Of a stretch of DNA of 64,000 nt, positions 29,060 to 39,900 are shown piece by piece. The stretch's first letter is position 1, and each line of letters begins with the position of its first letter. The stretch spans positions 1,280,001 to 1,344,000 of the forward strand of contig CAXXVL010000002.1 in NCBI GenBank assembly GCA_963667845.2, given 5' to 3'. The position numbers and the translations under genes are program-made. Source of the stretch: Smithellaceae bacterium. Lineage in GTDB: Bacteria > Desulfobacterota > Syntrophia > Syntrophales > Smithellaceae. The notes beneath the pieces are model-generated. The model worked only from the letters and a program-made list of their open reading frames with translations, did not search any database and had not been told where the DNA came from.

Positions 29060-29170
29060 CGCTCTTCCTGAGCGCGGCGCCTTTCCCGTTTTTAATCACG
29101 AAAATAAAGTCAGGACTGTTTCGATAAACCCTCTTTTCCGATGCGGCCGGCGCTTCGCATCGGGAACAGT

Positions 29171-30286
29171 CTATTTGCCGGCTGCACCGGCCCTCTTCGC
29201 TGATCCGGCAAACCGCGCCCACGCTGCATAACTCAGAATCAGCGAGATCAAACAGCCGATAGCCGTTGCGATCAGCCGGTTGGTGATGACGGCCAGAGTC
29301 GGCTCTTTGCCGAAATCCAGAAGCAGGATGATGAGCGGCGTCACCGCGGTGACATAGGCAATGTAGTTGATGCCGATCAAAACGGGGCGCGCCCCCGCGA
29401 GCAGTGCGACCAGGCTGATCATGATCCACAAAGGCGGCAATCCCAAAAGTAATATGCTGATGAGCAAAACGCCCAAAAGGGTTCCCAGCGCCCGGTGGAA
29501 GGTGCGCGTCAAAGCCTGGCGAAGATCTCGATGCACGACGATAGCGACGGTCAACGACATCCAATAGCTGTGATCATAAGGCCAGAACCGGCGAATGATT
29601 TCCGCAGCGCCGAGGCACAGCATGATGCGCAGCGTGTATTGCCATCCGGCCAGGTGCGAAAGCGATTTTGTCCAATAACCCAGCCTCTGCTGCAAAGCGT
29701 AGACAGGCACTTTAGCGGCTGCCTGATTGTTTCGTTCCCGCGATGGATGGACAGCCCGGAACAAACGGTCAAGCAAAAGTGAAAGAAGGGCCGTCCAGAG
29801 TGCTCCCGCGGCAAAGAGGAGCGTGATGCCTGCCGGATGCATGCCGTTTGTATTCATATTGGCGGCGATAATGAGGAAAATAATGAATTGTGTTGTGGCC
29901 CGCATAAGCGGTCTGCTGAGACTGCCGCAAAGCGCGGCGGCGGCAGCGACCGCGATGACGGAGATGCCCGTCGAACCCTTGCCCGCAAGCGCGGCGCCGA
30001 TAAACATGGCGGCGCTCCCCGCGACAAGCGCGTAGACCAGGGCGAGTAACCTTTCGTGCGCAGTGCCTCCCTGGACCTGTACGCCCAGTGCCAGCCCGCC
30101 TAAAGAAGCCGCCACACCGCCCGACAGGTGACCCGTCGCCGCGCCGATGATGATGGGCGTGGAAAGCCCCAGCATGGCAGCGATGACTTGCGCTGCCGCC
30201 ATATTTCGCGATTCTTGTGTTTGGCGGGCGAACGCCGGCATGAGCGCGTGTTTCAACAGGGAAGGTTTAGGTTGTTTGTCCATCAT
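29171..30286 (-). CDS. FUSC-family membrane protein
   Basis: Multi-TM; HSYWMSLTVAIV, RALGTLLG and RLIATAIG motifs. Confidence 0.8.
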   Translation of the reverse strand: MMDKQPKPSLLKHALMPAFARQTQESRNMAAAQVIAAMLGLSTPIIIGAATGHLSGGVAASLGGLALGVQVQGGTAHERLLALVYALVAGSAAMFIGAALAGKGSTGISVIAVAAAAALCGSLSRPLMRATTQFIIFLIIAANMNTNGMHPAGITLLFAAGALWTALLSLLLDRLFRAVHPSRERNNQAAAKVPVYALQQRLGYWTKSLSHLAGWQYTLRIMLCLGAAEIIRRFWPYDHSYWMSLTVAIVVHRDLRQALTRTFHRALGTLLGVLLISILLLGLPPLWIMISLVALLAGARPVLIGINYIAYVTAVTPLIILLLDFGKEPTLAVITNRLIATAIGCLISLILSYAAWARFAGSAKRAGAAGK

Positions 30287-30333
30287 CGTAGAGGTTTACT
30301 TGGAAAAAAGAGGGCAAGGCAGAACAGGGCATT

Positions 30334-30359
30334 AAAACTGGCGGAGAGAGCAGGATTTG
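30334..30359 (-). repeat. Duplicated 3' end of tRNA-Ser (att-like direct repeat)
   Basis: AAAACTGGCGGAGAGAGCAGGATTTG matches 30427-30452 at 25 of 26 positions. Confidence 0.75.
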
Positions 30360-30431
30360 CCCGGAAGTCTCCGGGTGTCTGCTTCGCAGCCAAACCCATT
30401 ATCTTGAATCAAGGTTATGTATTGTAAAAAC

Positions 30432-30526
30432 TGGCGGAGAGAGCGGGATTTGAACCCGCGGTACACCTTTAAAGGGCGTACAATCGCTTAGCAGGCGATC
30501 GCTTTCGGCCACTCAGCCATCTCTCC
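30432..30526 (-). tRNA. tRNA-Ser(GCT)
   Basis: GGAGAGA/TCTCTCC acceptor stem, encoded CCA, anticodon loop CTGCTAA, long variable arm, GTTCAAATC T-arm. Confidence 0.95.
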
Positions 30527-30595
30527 GCTGTTTTATTCGGGCCTTTATCCTTAAAACAGGGCGTCTGAAAATGCAAGACGCTTGCTTTTTATTTC

Positions 30596-30681
30596 TGGCG
30601 GAGGGAGCAGGATTCGAACCCGCGAACCTTTCGGTCAACGGTTTTCAAGACCGCCGCCATCGACCACTCGGCCATCCCTCC
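30596..30681 (-). tRNA. tRNA-Ser(TGA)
   Basis: GGAGGGA/TCCCTCC stem, encoded CCA, anticodon loop CTTGAAA, GTTCGAATCC T-arm. Confidence 0.95.
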
Positions 30682-30710
30682 AAATTGTTTGTCATCCTTT
30701 GGAAAATTTC

Positions 30711-31985
30711 TTAAAGAGTGATTCTTTCCAGACCTCTCATATAAGGACGCAGGGCTTCGGGGATGATGATGCTGCCGTCCGCCTGCTGATAATTTTCCAT
30801 AACTGCCACAACGGTACGGCCTACAGCCAGTCCCGAACCGTTCAGCGTGTGTACAAATTCTACCTTGCCGTTGTCTTTCCGGCGGTAGCGAATTGCCGCT
30901 CTTCTGGCTTGAAAGTCTTCAAAGTTGCTGCACGACGAAATTTCCCGATACGTGTTCTGTCCGGGCAGCCAGGCTTCCACGTCATAGGTTTTGGCGGAAG
31001 AAAAACCAAGGTCGGCCGTACACAGACATACCGTTCGGAAGGGAATGCCCAGTCGTTTGAGAACTTCTTCCGCGTTGGCGGTCAGTTTTTCCAGCTCGTC
31101 ATAGGAAGATTCCGGTTTGGAAAACTTGACCATCTCCACTTTGTTGAACTGATGCTGCCGGATCAGCCCCCGCGTATCCTTGCCGTAGGAACCGGCTTCC
31201 GCGCGGAAACAGGCTGAATAAGCCACAAAATAAATCGGCAGTTTTTCTTCCTCCAGGATCTCATCGCGAAAAATATTCGTGACCGGAACTTCCGCCGTCG
31301 GAATCAGGTAATATTCCATGCCTTCAATCTTGAAGAGATCTTCCTTGAACTTGGGCAGCTGGCCCGTTCCGGTCATGCTTTCGGCATTGACCAGGAAAGG
31401 CGTAAATACTTCCGTGTAGCCATGGTTTCCCGTATGCAGATCCAGCATGAAGTTTGTTATGGCCCGCTCCAGCTGGGCGCCCGCGCCGCGGTAGAGCGTA
31501 AAGCGCGCTCCGGTGATTTTGGCCCCTCTGGCGAAATCCAGGATGTTCAGACTTTCGCCCAGATCAAAATGCTGCTTGGGCTCAAAATTAAAAACGGGTA
31601 TATCGCCCCAGGTCCGCACAACGGTGTTGTCTTCGGAACCACTCCCCTGCGGCACGGATTCATGCTGAATATTCGGGACGATCATGACGAAGGCATTCAG
31701 TTCTTCTTCCGTGACCTTCAGAACTTCGTCGTACTCTTTTATTTTTGCTGATACGTCGCCCATTTTGGCGATCAGAGCCTGCGCATCTTCTTTCTTTTTT
31801 TTGAGTTCGCCAACCTGCTTGGAGACGCTGTTACGCTCATTGCGCAGGGCTTCCACGGCCTGCAGCATATCGCGTCTTTTCGCTTCCAAATCAAGAAAGC
31901 GGTCAAAATCGATCTTCTGGCCCCGTTCGTCCATTTTTTGCCGGACGAGGTCGATATTCTGTCGCAAGTATTTAAGATCCAACAT
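30711..31985 (-). CDS. serS: Serine--tRNA ligase
   Basis: MLDLKYLR start; [26 protein letters not shown] and [12 protein letters not shown] motifs. Confidence 0.97.
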   Translation of the reverse strand: MLDLKYLRQNIDLVRQKMDERGQKIDFDRFLDLEAKRRDMLQAVEALRNERNSVSKQVGELKKKKEDAQALIAKMGDVSAKIKEYDEVLKVTEEELNAFVMIVPNIQHESVPQGSGSEDNTVVRTWGDIPVFNFEPKQHFDLGESLNILDFARGAKITGARFTLYRGAGAQLERAITNFMLDLHTGNHGYTEVFTPFLVNAESMTGTGQLPKFKEDLFKIEGMEYYLIPTAEVPVTNIFRDEILEEEKLPIYFVAYSACFRAEAGSYGKDTRGLIRQHQFNKVEMVKFSKPESSYDELEKLTANAEEVLKRLGIPFRTVCLCTADLGFSSAKTYDVEAWLPGQNTYREISSCSNFEDFQARRAAIRYRRKDNGKVEFVHTLNGSGLAVGRTVVAVMENYQQADGSIIIPEALRPYMRGLERITL

Positions 31986-32295
31986 AATTTTACTTTCCTG
32001 TCTCTCGGCATCGTTCGCCTCAGAGGTGGTCTCACGTAGCATTTTGACCGGTCAAAGTCAATACCTTTGTCTGCGGCGGCCCCTCTGCGTGATTGGGCGA
32101 CACGCAATCTTGATATTTTTTATATTGAATCCTCAAGGAATGGATGAGCGCGGGCGGCGGCGATTTCGCCGGCTCATGGCGTGCGGCGTCGCGGCCGTAT
32201 CACCGGCGAACGCCGGAAGAAAACACTGACGCGTGATGGACTGCGTTGTTCCACGAAAAGCAATAATCACGCGCATCTTTTCGCAATACCCGTTA

Positions 32296-33882
32296 TTACT
32301 GATTGGTTAATTTCTTTTTCAGTATTCTGATGAAGGCATGCATTTCCGGGCTTTTGAGCAGGTAGGCGCTGGCAAAGAACGTGATGATGCCAGCGGCAAT
32401 GGTCAGGATCAAATACGTCAATCTTATCTTAAATCCGGCCTGCGTGTTCCAGGGCATAAAGTACTGAACCAGCCCGATGGAGCAAAGCATCACAATGGCG
32501 GAAAGAATAATCTTCACGATGGACGCATAAAAAGTGCGGTCCAGATAGGTTCCGATCTTGGTTTTCAAGACGTAGGCCAGAACCAGAACATTAACCATGG
32601 CGGAAAGGGCACCGGCCAGGGCAATGCCGTTGTGCTTCAGGGGATACATCAGGGCAAGGCTCGCCAGGGCGTTGACGATCAGTGTGATGATCGCCGCTTT
32701 GAGCGGCCATTTGGAGTCCTGCAGGGCATAAAAGGAAGAAACAAATACGCGGAGCACCGAAAAAGCCCAGAGCCCCAGCGCATAACAGAACAGTGCCTGC
32801 CCGGTGAGCGTCGCGGCCTGCGCGTCAAAAGCGCCGCGCTGAAACAAAACCGAGATGATCGGCAGATTGAGCGCCATCAAGGCCGCCATCGCCGGGAGGG
32901 TTAAGAAAAGCATCAACCGAAGCGAGAAGGAAATGCTGGACTTTAGTTCATCCATCTGACCGGCGGCGACATGCCGGGAAAAGCTGGGCAGCGCCGCCGT
33001 GCCGATAGCAATGGCGAAGATGCCCAGCGGGAATTCCATGATCCGGTCGGCATAAAAGAGATACGTCACCGATCCGCCGGGAAGCAGGGATGCCAGAATC
33101 GTCCCGACGAAAACATTGATGGTGCCCACACCTGCGCCTAGAATCGCCGGCAGCATGAGCGTGCCGATTTGCCTCAGTCCCGGATGCTGCAAATTGAAGC
33201 GGAATTTGAACCGGACGCCGAACTTCATGAGTGCCGGCCACTGCATCGCCAGTTGCAGCACGCCGCCGATAAGGACGCCTACGGCAAGCGCCGTGATGGG
33301 CTGGGCAAAGAAATTGCGCAGCGTCAACGCTGCGGCGATCATGGCGATATTGAGCAGGACCGGCGAAAGGGCCGGCGACGTGAAATGCCGGAAGGAATTC
33401 AGAATACCCATGCATAAGGCGACAAGCGCTATGAAGAAGATGTAGGGGAACATCAGGCGGTTTAAGAAAACAGTCAGCGCAAACTTGTCGGGATCGGCAA
33501 TGAAACCCGGTGCGATAAGCCCCACAATGACAGGCGAGATCAGAATGCCCAGCACCGAGACGGCGGCCAGGATGATGGACAGAACCGTAAACGCATTGGA
33601 AGCCAGTTCCACCGCTTCCGCCTTCGTTTTCTTTTGCAGGTATTCGGTAAAGACCGGAACAAAGGACACTGTGAGCGAGCCTTCACCCAGGAGGCGCCTC
33701 AGCATGTTGGGAATGCGAAACGCCACCCAGAAGGCGTCGGTCATCCAGCTCGCGCCGAAAAGCGCGGCGATGACCATGTCCCGGATCACCCCGAACACGC
33801 GGCTCACCATCGTTGCCGCGCCGACAATCCCCGCGGCTTTGGCGACTTTGGCGTTCTCCGACTTCTGGGGCGAGCTCTCCAT
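32296..33882 (-). CDS. murJ: Lipid II flippase MurJ (MviN)
   Basis: SRVFGVIRD, AFRIPNMLRRLLGEG, YADRIMEFPLG and FQRGAF motifs. Confidence 0.95.
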   Translation of the reverse strand: MESSPQKSENAKVAKAAGIVGAATMVSRVFGVIRDMVIAALFGASWMTDAFWVAFRIPNMLRRLLGEGSLTVSFVPVFTEYLQKKTKAEAVELASNAFTVLSIILAAVSVLGILISPVIVGLIAPGFIADPDKFALTVFLNRLMFPYIFFIALVALCMGILNSFRHFTSPALSPVLLNIAMIAAALTLRNFFAQPITALAVGVLIGGVLQLAMQWPALMKFGVRFKFRFNLQHPGLRQIGTLMLPAILGAGVGTINVFVGTILASLLPGGSVTYLFYADRIMEFPLGIFAIAIGTAALPSFSRHVAAGQMDELKSSISFSLRLMLFLTLPAMAALMALNLPIISVLFQRGAFDAQAATLTGQALFCYALGLWAFSVLRVFVSSFYALQDSKWPLKAAIITLIVNALASLALMYPLKHNGIALAGALSAMVNVLVLAYVLKTKIGTYLDRTFYASIVKIILSAIVMLCSIGLVQYFMPWNTQAGFKIRLTYLILTIAAGIITFFASAYLLKSPEMHAFIRILKKKLTNQ

Positions 33883-33931
33883 TTCCTGATTACTATTCCT
33901 TAATGTTTTTTGTCGGACTGAAGTTCTGTAT

Positions 33932-34246
33932 TTATGGATGATCGATGTCCAATTTCCGGATTCTCTGTTCCAGCTCCGCTTTACTGATATCAGTCACCAG
34001 AATCGTTTTTTTGCGGCCCTTGGCGCCCGCCGAGATCGTCATCTGACTTTTGCGCAGCCCGAGTTTCTTGGCGATGAGTCCGATGCAGGCCTCGTTTGCC
34101 GCTCCTTCCACCGGCGGCGCGGTGACTTTGACTTTCAGCATGCCCTCCGCAAGGCCCGCGATACCGGCCCGCGATGCGTGCGGATTGACGTGGATGTCGA
34201 AGACGAGGCCGTTCTTTGTTTCTCGAATGAGGGGCGTCTCAGTCAC
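33932..34246 (-). CDS. DUF167/YggU family protein
   Basis: VNPHASR, APPVEGAAN and GAKGRKK motifs. Confidence 0.9.
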   Translation of the reverse strand: MTETPLIRETKNGLVFDIHVNPHASRAGIAGLAEGMLKVKVTAPPVEGAANEACIGLIAKKLGLRKSQMTISAGAKGRKKTILVTDISKAELEQRIRKLDIDHP

Positions 34247-34262
34247 CGTTTCCGGACCCTTT

Positions 34263-34571
34263 CTATAAACCGTGCGCTATTTGGATCATCGTCCCGACGA
34301 GGAAATACTGCAAAAACATAATGATCAGCAAAACAATCAGCGGCGCAAAATCTATCGGCAGGCTGTGCCGGGGGATGATTTTGCGTATCGGGCGCAAAAC
34401 GGGTTCGGTAATCCGATACAGAAAAATAACGATCTTATTATAAGGATCAGGATTGACCCAGGAGATGAGCGCGCGGGCGACGATGATCCACATGTATATC
34501 GTGAGAACGATATCCATAACTTTCGCGAGCGCGATAATAAAATTACTCGTGCTGATGGCAAACATATCCAT
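34263..34571 (-). CDS. yggT: YggT family membrane protein
   Basis: ALISWVNPDPYN..ITEPVLRPIR..IDFAP motif. Confidence 0.9.
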   Translation of the reverse strand: MDMFAISTSNFIIALAKVMDIVLTIYMWIIVARALISWVNPDPYNKIVIFLYRITEPVLRPIRKIIPRHSLPIDFAPLIVLLIIMFLQYFLVGTMIQIAHGL

Positions 34572-34580
34572 GTCGATCCT

Positions 34581-35381
34581 CTAAGCTGATGTCGTATGCG
34601 CCGCTTGCGGCAGTGCCGCGGCGAAATCCTTGAGGGCGTTGTTCAATGCCTCCGGCTTTTCCATCATCACCATGTGACCCGCGCCGGGAATAAGAACAAA
34701 TCTTGCCTGTGTGATACCGTCGGCAATCCGCCGCGAGAATTCCGGCGGCGTCATTTTATCCTCCGTGCCGCAGATCGCGAGCGTGGGAGCGACGATTTTC
34801 TTGACGTCTCCCGCGATATCGAATTTACTGCAGGCCAGCATATCGCCGGCCACAACGTCAACGCCGGCTTCGCCCAGACTGGCGCGCAGGGCGTCGAAAA
34901 GTTTGGCGCGGTTTTCTTTGGCCAGTGAAAATTTGCACATCAGGTCCATAACGACATCCGGCTGCGCGCGAAACCCGGTGAGGATGTCAGGATTGACCGG
35001 CATGGTCAGTCCGCCGCCTAGGCAGACGATGCCGCTTGCGTCCTGCGGGTAAGCGGCTGCAAAATCCAGGGCAATGGCTGCGCCCAGTGAATGACCGACG
35101 ATGATCGGGCGCGGCAGGTTTAACACGCCGAGAATATCCTTTAAGATGAGAGCGTATGTCCGGATGTCCTGTGCTCCGTGGCCGCCGGATTTCCCATGCC
35201 CGGGGAGGTCGACGGCGGCGATGTTGAACGCCTTGTGCAGCTCGGCATACTGAAAGGACCAGGCGCCGGAATTACCGCCCGAGCCGTGAATAAAAACAAG
35301 ACTCTGCGCCCTGGTTCCGAAATCCTGCGGATTGATCCAGCAGGCCACCGTATTTTCTTTAACCGCGAAATTCTTCAGCAT
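34581..35381 (-). CDS. Alpha/beta hydrolase
   Basis: FIHGSGG, DLPGHG, GHSLG and AGH motifs. Confidence 0.9.
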   Translation of the reverse strand: MLKNFAVKENTVACWINPQDFGTRAQSLVFIHGSGGNSGAWSFQYAELHKAFNIAAVDLPGHGKSGGHGAQDIRTYALILKDILGVLNLPRPIIVGHSLGAAIALDFAAAYPQDASGIVCLGGGLTMPVNPDILTGFRAQPDVVMDLMCKFSLAKENRAKLFDALRASLGEAGVDVVAGDMLACSKFDIAGDVKKIVAPTLAICGTEDKMTPPEFSRRIADGITQARFVLIPGAGHMVMMEKPEALNNALKDFAAALPQAAHTTSA

Positions 35382-35542
35382 CCTTTTTCACCTCTCTCCC
35401 GCAAACGGAGTATCACAAAAGCATTTTTTAATGCAATGGAAGAATGATACCGAAGTCCTTTCGTACCGATAAGGAATTTTATTGACAGGACGCAGCAAAA
35501 AAGTGCATGTATTTGACTATCACGGCCGGGGGTTCAACAACT

Positions 35543-36358
35543 ATGTTTACAGGTAAAAAAATCGCCATTATCGGCGGCGGGAAGATGGGCGGTATTTTGG
35601 CCCGGGGGATCATCAGCTGCAAAATCCTTTCCGCCCAGGATATTACGGTGACGGATATTGATCAGGCAAGGCTCGAAGAGTTGCGCGCATCGCTGAAAGT
35701 AAAAGTCACCGCCGACAACAAGAAGGCCGTGAGAGAAGCCGATATTATCGTCCTTGCGGTCAAACCCCAGAATTTTCCGGAAACCCTGAAATCAATTCGT
35801 GCGGTTGCCGTAAAGTCGAAGCTGTTCATTTCGATTGCGGCGGGAGTGACAACGGATTCCATTGAAAAGGCGTTAACGAAGACGCCGCGGGTATTGAGAG
35901 TGATGCCGAACGTCAACGCGCTTGCCGGTGAAGGCGCTGCCGCCGTGGCCCGCGGGCATTTCGCGCAGAAAAATGACGTACAGTATGCCCTGACGATTTT
36001 AAATGCGGTGGGTCTGGCCGTGGAAGTGGATGAAAAACTGATGGACGCCGTGACCGGCCTGAGCGGCAGCGGCCCGGCATATTGTTTTTTGATGATCGAG
36101 GCGTTGACCGATGCCGGCGTGCATCTGGGGCTTCCGCGCGATCTGGCCGAGAAATTGGCCGCGCAGACGATGCTGGGTTCGGCCCGTCTGTGTCTCACGA
36201 GCAATCAGCATCCCGCGCAACTAAAAAATATGGTGACTTCTCCGGGCGGCACCACTGCTGCCGGATTAAAAGTTTTGGAGGAGGGCAGTATCCGCGCCAC
36301 GCTGATGGCCGCTGTGGAGGCTGCGGCCAAACGTTCGAAAGAACTTGCCGGTTCATGA
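35543..36358 (+). CDS. proC: Pyrroline-5-carboxylate reductase
   Basis: GGGKMG, LAVKPQ, RVMPN, SGSGPAY and VTSPGGTT motifs. Confidence 0.95.
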   Translation: MFTGKKIAIIGGGKMGGILARGIISCKILSAQDITVTDIDQARLEELRASLKVKVTADNKKAVREADIIVLAVKPQNFPETLKSIRAVAVKSKLFISIAAGVTTDSIEKALTKTPRVLRVMPNVNALAGEGAAAVARGHFAQKNDVQYALTILNAVGLAVEVDEKLMDAVTGLSGSGPAYCFLMIEALTDAGVHLGLPRDLAEKLAAQTMLGSARLCLTSNQHPAQLKNMVTSPGGTTAAGLKVLEEGSIRATLMAAVEAAAKRSKELAGS

Positions 36359-36418
36359 TCAACCGGGATGATCGGGCGATAGAGGGATAGCGTTATAGAA
36401 CATAAAGGAGGATCACGG

Positions 36419-38203
36419 ATGATGTCGGAAAGAAGAAGGTTGAAAGCGCGTTATTATTCGTTGCCGAATATGTTCCTGTGCTGTGCCGTATTGCTTCTTC
36501 TGATCTGGGGATGCGGAGGCGCCAAAAATGTTCAGGTTCCCGGCCAGGGGCCATCCAAGGCCGTCGCGGCCGCTGGGGCAGCAGCGGAACGCCAGACGAC
36601 GGAGGGCATGGTTGTCGGTGAGGAAAATCCTGCCACCCAAACGAATTCCTGGATCGCGATTCCCTATGCTCAGCCGCCCATAGGCGCGCTGCGCTGGAGA
36701 GCGCCCCAGCCTCCGGGAAAGCGTTCGCAGCCCCTGAAAACCACCAAATTTTGTTCGATCTGCCCCCAGTATATCGACCACGACCGCAACCCCGCGACGC
36801 CTCAGGTCGTCATGGGCAGTGAAGACTGTTTGTATCTGAATATCTGGGCTCCGAAAAACGTTGCCGGCAACCTGCCCGTGTTCTTCTGGATTCACGGCGG
36901 CGGCAACAGCATTCAGTGGCCGCTTCTGTCCCTGCAGGACGGGGGCATCCTGGCCAGCCGCGGCAACATGATTGTCGTCACCGTCAACTATCGACTGGGC
37001 CCTATGGGTTTCTATAGCCATCCTGCGCTGCAAACCGGCGATCCCGCCGGAGATTCGGGAAACTACGCCATCCTGGATATCATCGCGGCATTAAACTGGG
37101 TGCAGGCCAATATTAAGAATTTCGGCGGCGACCCCGGCAATGTGACGATCGTGGGGGAGTCGACCGGCGGAGAGAATGTTTATTCTCTGGTGGCTTCACC
37201 TGCGGCCCGCGGGTTATTCCAGCGGGCGATTTCGGAAAGCGGCGTGATTCGTCCCTCGACGCCCGCGCAGGGCACGGCGCATATTAACGGGATTCTGGCC
37301 AAAATGATGGTGAAAGACGGGAAAGCCGCTGATGTGGATGCTGCGGCAAAACTTCTGGGAGCCATGTCGGCGAAAGATATTGACGCCTACATGAGATCGA
37401 AGACGGCGGCGGATTTTCTGGCGATGTATCCCGAAGGAAAAGCGCAGGGCATGATCTCTTTTCCCACATCTTATGGCGACGGCAAGATTCTGCCGGTTGA
37501 TTTTTACGGTGCGTTGACCTCCGGCAATTACAGTAAAGTTCCCATGATTTTAGGAACGAATAAGGAAGAATCCAAACTCTTTCTGAGAGGCGTTAAACCC
37601 TTTGCAGATTGGCGTCAGGACGGTTCTCTATTCAAGGATCCGGCTAAGACCGAATTATATGATCTGGCGGCCGGGTATCAGAGTGACGCCTGGAAGGTGA
37701 TGGCTGTGGATCGGCCCGCGAGAATTCTGCGGGACAATGACGGCCAGCCTTTTATCTTTACGTATCAGTTTTTATGGGGCGCGGGCGGGGCAAAAAACAA
37801 TGTTATCAATCCGCCGCTGAATATCATTCTGGGCTCGTGCCACGCGATGGAAATCGATTTTGTTTTCGGAACGGAGAAAGCGTCTCTGGGAGCAGTGGTC
37901 TTTAACGATAAAAACAAGCCCGGGCGCGTGGCGCTCCAAAATGCCATGATGGATTACTGGTCGCAGTTTGCCCGGACGGGCAACCCCAACCGCGAAAAGT
38001 CCGGTCTGCCCAAGTGGTCGCCCTGGTCCAATATCCAGGGATTGCCCAAGACGCTGAGTCTGGATGCTGATCTGGAAAAGGCCAAAATCACGATGGGTCG
38101 AAGCGAACTCACCGAAGAAATGCTGGTAGAGGCGCTCAAGGCCGAACCGCGTCAGAAAGAGATACAGCCTTTCTGGGATGCCTCGTTCCTTCGCCGGCGA
38201 TAG
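36419..38203 (+). CDS. Type B carboxylesterase, probably a lipoprotein
   Basis: IPYAQPP, SEDCLYLNIW, WIHGGG, FGGDPGNVTIVGESTGG; lipobox-like IWGC. Confidence 0.88.
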   Translation: MMSERRRLKARYYSLPNMFLCCAVLLLLIWGCGGAKNVQVPGQGPSKAVAAAGAAAERQTTEGMVVGEENPATQTNSWIAIPYAQPPIGALRWRAPQPPGKRSQPLKTTKFCSICPQYIDHDRNPATPQVVMGSEDCLYLNIWAPKNVAGNLPVFFWIHGGGNSIQWPLLSLQDGGILASRGNMIVVTVNYRLGPMGFYSHPALQTGDPAGDSGNYAILDIIAALNWVQANIKNFGGDPGNVTIVGESTGGENVYSLVASPAARGLFQRAISESGVIRPSTPAQGTAHINGILAKMMVKDGKAADVDAAAKLLGAMSAKDIDAYMRSKTAADFLAMYPEGKAQGMISFPTSYGDGKILPVDFYGALTSGNYSKVPMILGTNKEESKLFLRGVKPFADWRQDGSLFKDPAKTELYDLAAGYQSDAWKVMAVDRPARILRDNDGQPFIFTYQFLWGAGGAKNNVINPPLNIILGSCHAMEIDFVFGTEKASLGAVVFNDKNKPGRVALQNAMMDYWSQFARTGNPNREKSGLPKWSPWSNIQGLPKTLSLDADLEKAKITMGRSELTEEMLVEALKAEPRQKEIQPFWDASFLRRR

Positions 38204-38278
38204 TGAAGAAATGGCCTCGTTTGATGGCGAGGCTTTCGAATGGTTATAAATTAAATCAGAAGCAAGGAGATTGTTGAT

Positions 38279-39067
38279 ATGGAAGTTAAAGGTAAGGTTG
38301 TTGTTGTAACGGGCGCGGCCTCCGGCATCGGCAAAGGGTTGTGTCTGCGGTTTGCCAAAGAAGGCGCCAAAGCAATTGTTGCGGCGGACGTTAATGAAGC
38401 AGGCGCGAAAGCTGTAGCTGATCAAGTCAAGGGCGACGCCGTTGCCTGCGATGTGCGTAAAGAAGCGGATATTATCCGGCTGGCCAAATTTACGGAAGAC
38501 AAGTACGGCCGCATTGATTTGTTCTGCTCCAACGCCGGGATCATTGCCATCGGCGGTTATGAAGTGGACAACGAATCGTGGCAGCGCATCTGGGAAATTA
38601 ACGTCCTCGCGCATGTTTTCGCAGCGCGGGCGGTCATGCCCGGCATGATCAAACGCGGCGGCGGAGCTTTCATGATTACCGCTTCGGCGGCGGGGCTCCT
38701 GAGCCAGATCGGCTCGCTCCCTTATTCCGTCACCAAACACGCGGCGGTCGGAATGGCGGAAAACCTGGCGATTACGTATGGTGATCAGGGGATTCAGGTT
38801 TTTGCTTTGTGTCCGCAGGCGGTGGATACGGAAATGACCAAGCTAAGCGAAGGCGGCGGCGTGGCCGGTGTTGACGGCCTGATGAAGCCCGAACAGCTGG
38901 CGGACGCCGTCATGGAATCTTTTGCCGCCGATGAATTTTTAATTCTCCCGCACAAGGAAGTCAAAACCTACATGCAGAGAAAAGCGGCGGACTACACCCG
39001 GTGGCTTCAGGGGATGCGCCGGCTGCAGCAGCGGTTTTTTTCGGGGGGGCCTCTGAAAACAAAATAA
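38279..39067 (+). CDS. SDR-family oxidoreductase
   Basis: TGAASGIG, SNAG and YSVTK motifs. Confidence 0.9.
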   Translation: MEVKGKVVVVTGAASGIGKGLCLRFAKEGAKAIVAADVNEAGAKAVADQVKGDAVACDVRKEADIIRLAKFTEDKYGRIDLFCSNAGIIAIGGYEVDNESWQRIWEINVLAHVFAARAVMPGMIKRGGGAFMITASAAGLLSQIGSLPYSVTKHAAVGMAENLAITYGDQGIQVFALCPQAVDTEMTKLSEGGGVAGVDGLMKPEQLADAVMESFAADEFLILPHKEVKTYMQRKAADYTRWLQGMRRLQQRFFSGGPLKTK

Positions 39068-39075
39068 TCAAACGC

Positions 39076-39117
39076 AGGGAGCGGTTTGCCCCGAACCGTG
39101 CGGACAAACCGTTCCCT
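39076..39117. repeat. REP-like hairpin
   Basis: AGGGAGCGGTTTG...CAAACCGTTCCCT. Confidence 0.6.
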
Positions 39118-39142
39118 TTGCACGTCAAGAAGGGAGAAATCT

Positions 39143-39484
39143 ATGAGCCCGAACGAGTCATGCGCTGTAGTGGATAACCTTCGTGATCTGGAACAAGCTC
39201 TCAAGGAAAAAGGCAGAATCATCGCCATGGTTTATGCGTCCTGGTGTCCTTTCTGCCGGAAAGCGCTGCCCGTTTTTGAAAAACAGGCAAGCGAAACGCC
39301 GCATACTCTGCTGCTGGTGACCGATGACGAGGAACATGTGGCGGACTTATACGGAATTGATATTTTTCCGACACTGATCCTTTTCGAAAAAGGACAGGTC
39401 GTCAAGCGCCTGGACGGCAAACCCGGCATTGGCCTGAATGATAAACAGATTGCCGATTTTATTCAATCCTGCACCCAGGGATAA
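39143..39484 (+). CDS. Thioredoxin-like protein
   Basis: YASWCPFC and FPTL motifs; ATG after GGGAG. Confidence 0.85.
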   Translation: MSPNESCAVVDNLRDLEQALKEKGRIIAMVYASWCPFCRKALPVFEKQASETPHTLLLVTDDEEHVADLYGIDIFPTLILFEKGQVVKRLDGKPGIGLNDKQIADFIQSCTQG

Positions 39485-39513
39485 TCCCGGGCAGGATCCG
39501 GAGCATAACTCGT

Positions 39514-39825
39514 TTGGATATTGTCGTTAAATACTGCGGCGGCTGCAACTGTCAAATCGATAGATCAAAGATCATCAAAGATATTGAAATCCCGCTTGGA
39601 GCGGACCATCACGTCACGACGGACGCGGCTGCCGAACCTTATGAGGCCGGCATCCTGATCTGCGGCTGTCCTGCGGCCTGCGCCCGCAAGCCCGAGCTTG
39701 ACGGTTTGGCCAAACGCTGGGTGGTGATTGCCGGCAAGACCGTCGATAGCCGCGAACTGCCGGAAGAGCGCATCGCGGCGGCAGTCGTTCAAATCATAAA
39801 AGAAATCATAAACGGAGAAATATAA
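39514..39825 (+). CDS. Small Cys-rich hypothetical protein
   Basis: KYCGGCN...ICGCPAACA; TTG start. Confidence 0.65.
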   Translation: MDIVVKYCGGCNCQIDRSKIIKDIEIPLGADHHVTTDAAAEPYEAGILICGCPAACARKPELDGLAKRWVVIAGKTVDSRELPEERIAAAVVQIIKEIINGEI

Positions 39826-39900
39826 AATAAATCCTAATACGCCGAGGAAGCCGGCGACGACGCCAACAAGGGTAGCGCTTGAAGTGGAAGTGGAATATTA

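Noticed and set aside
30582..31217. 211-aa plus-strand ORF
   Set aside because: Antisense to tRNA-Ser and serS.
31986..32290. T-box leader upstream of serS
   Set aside because: No T-box consensus or terminator/antiterminator seen; the likely promoter is too close to the start codon.
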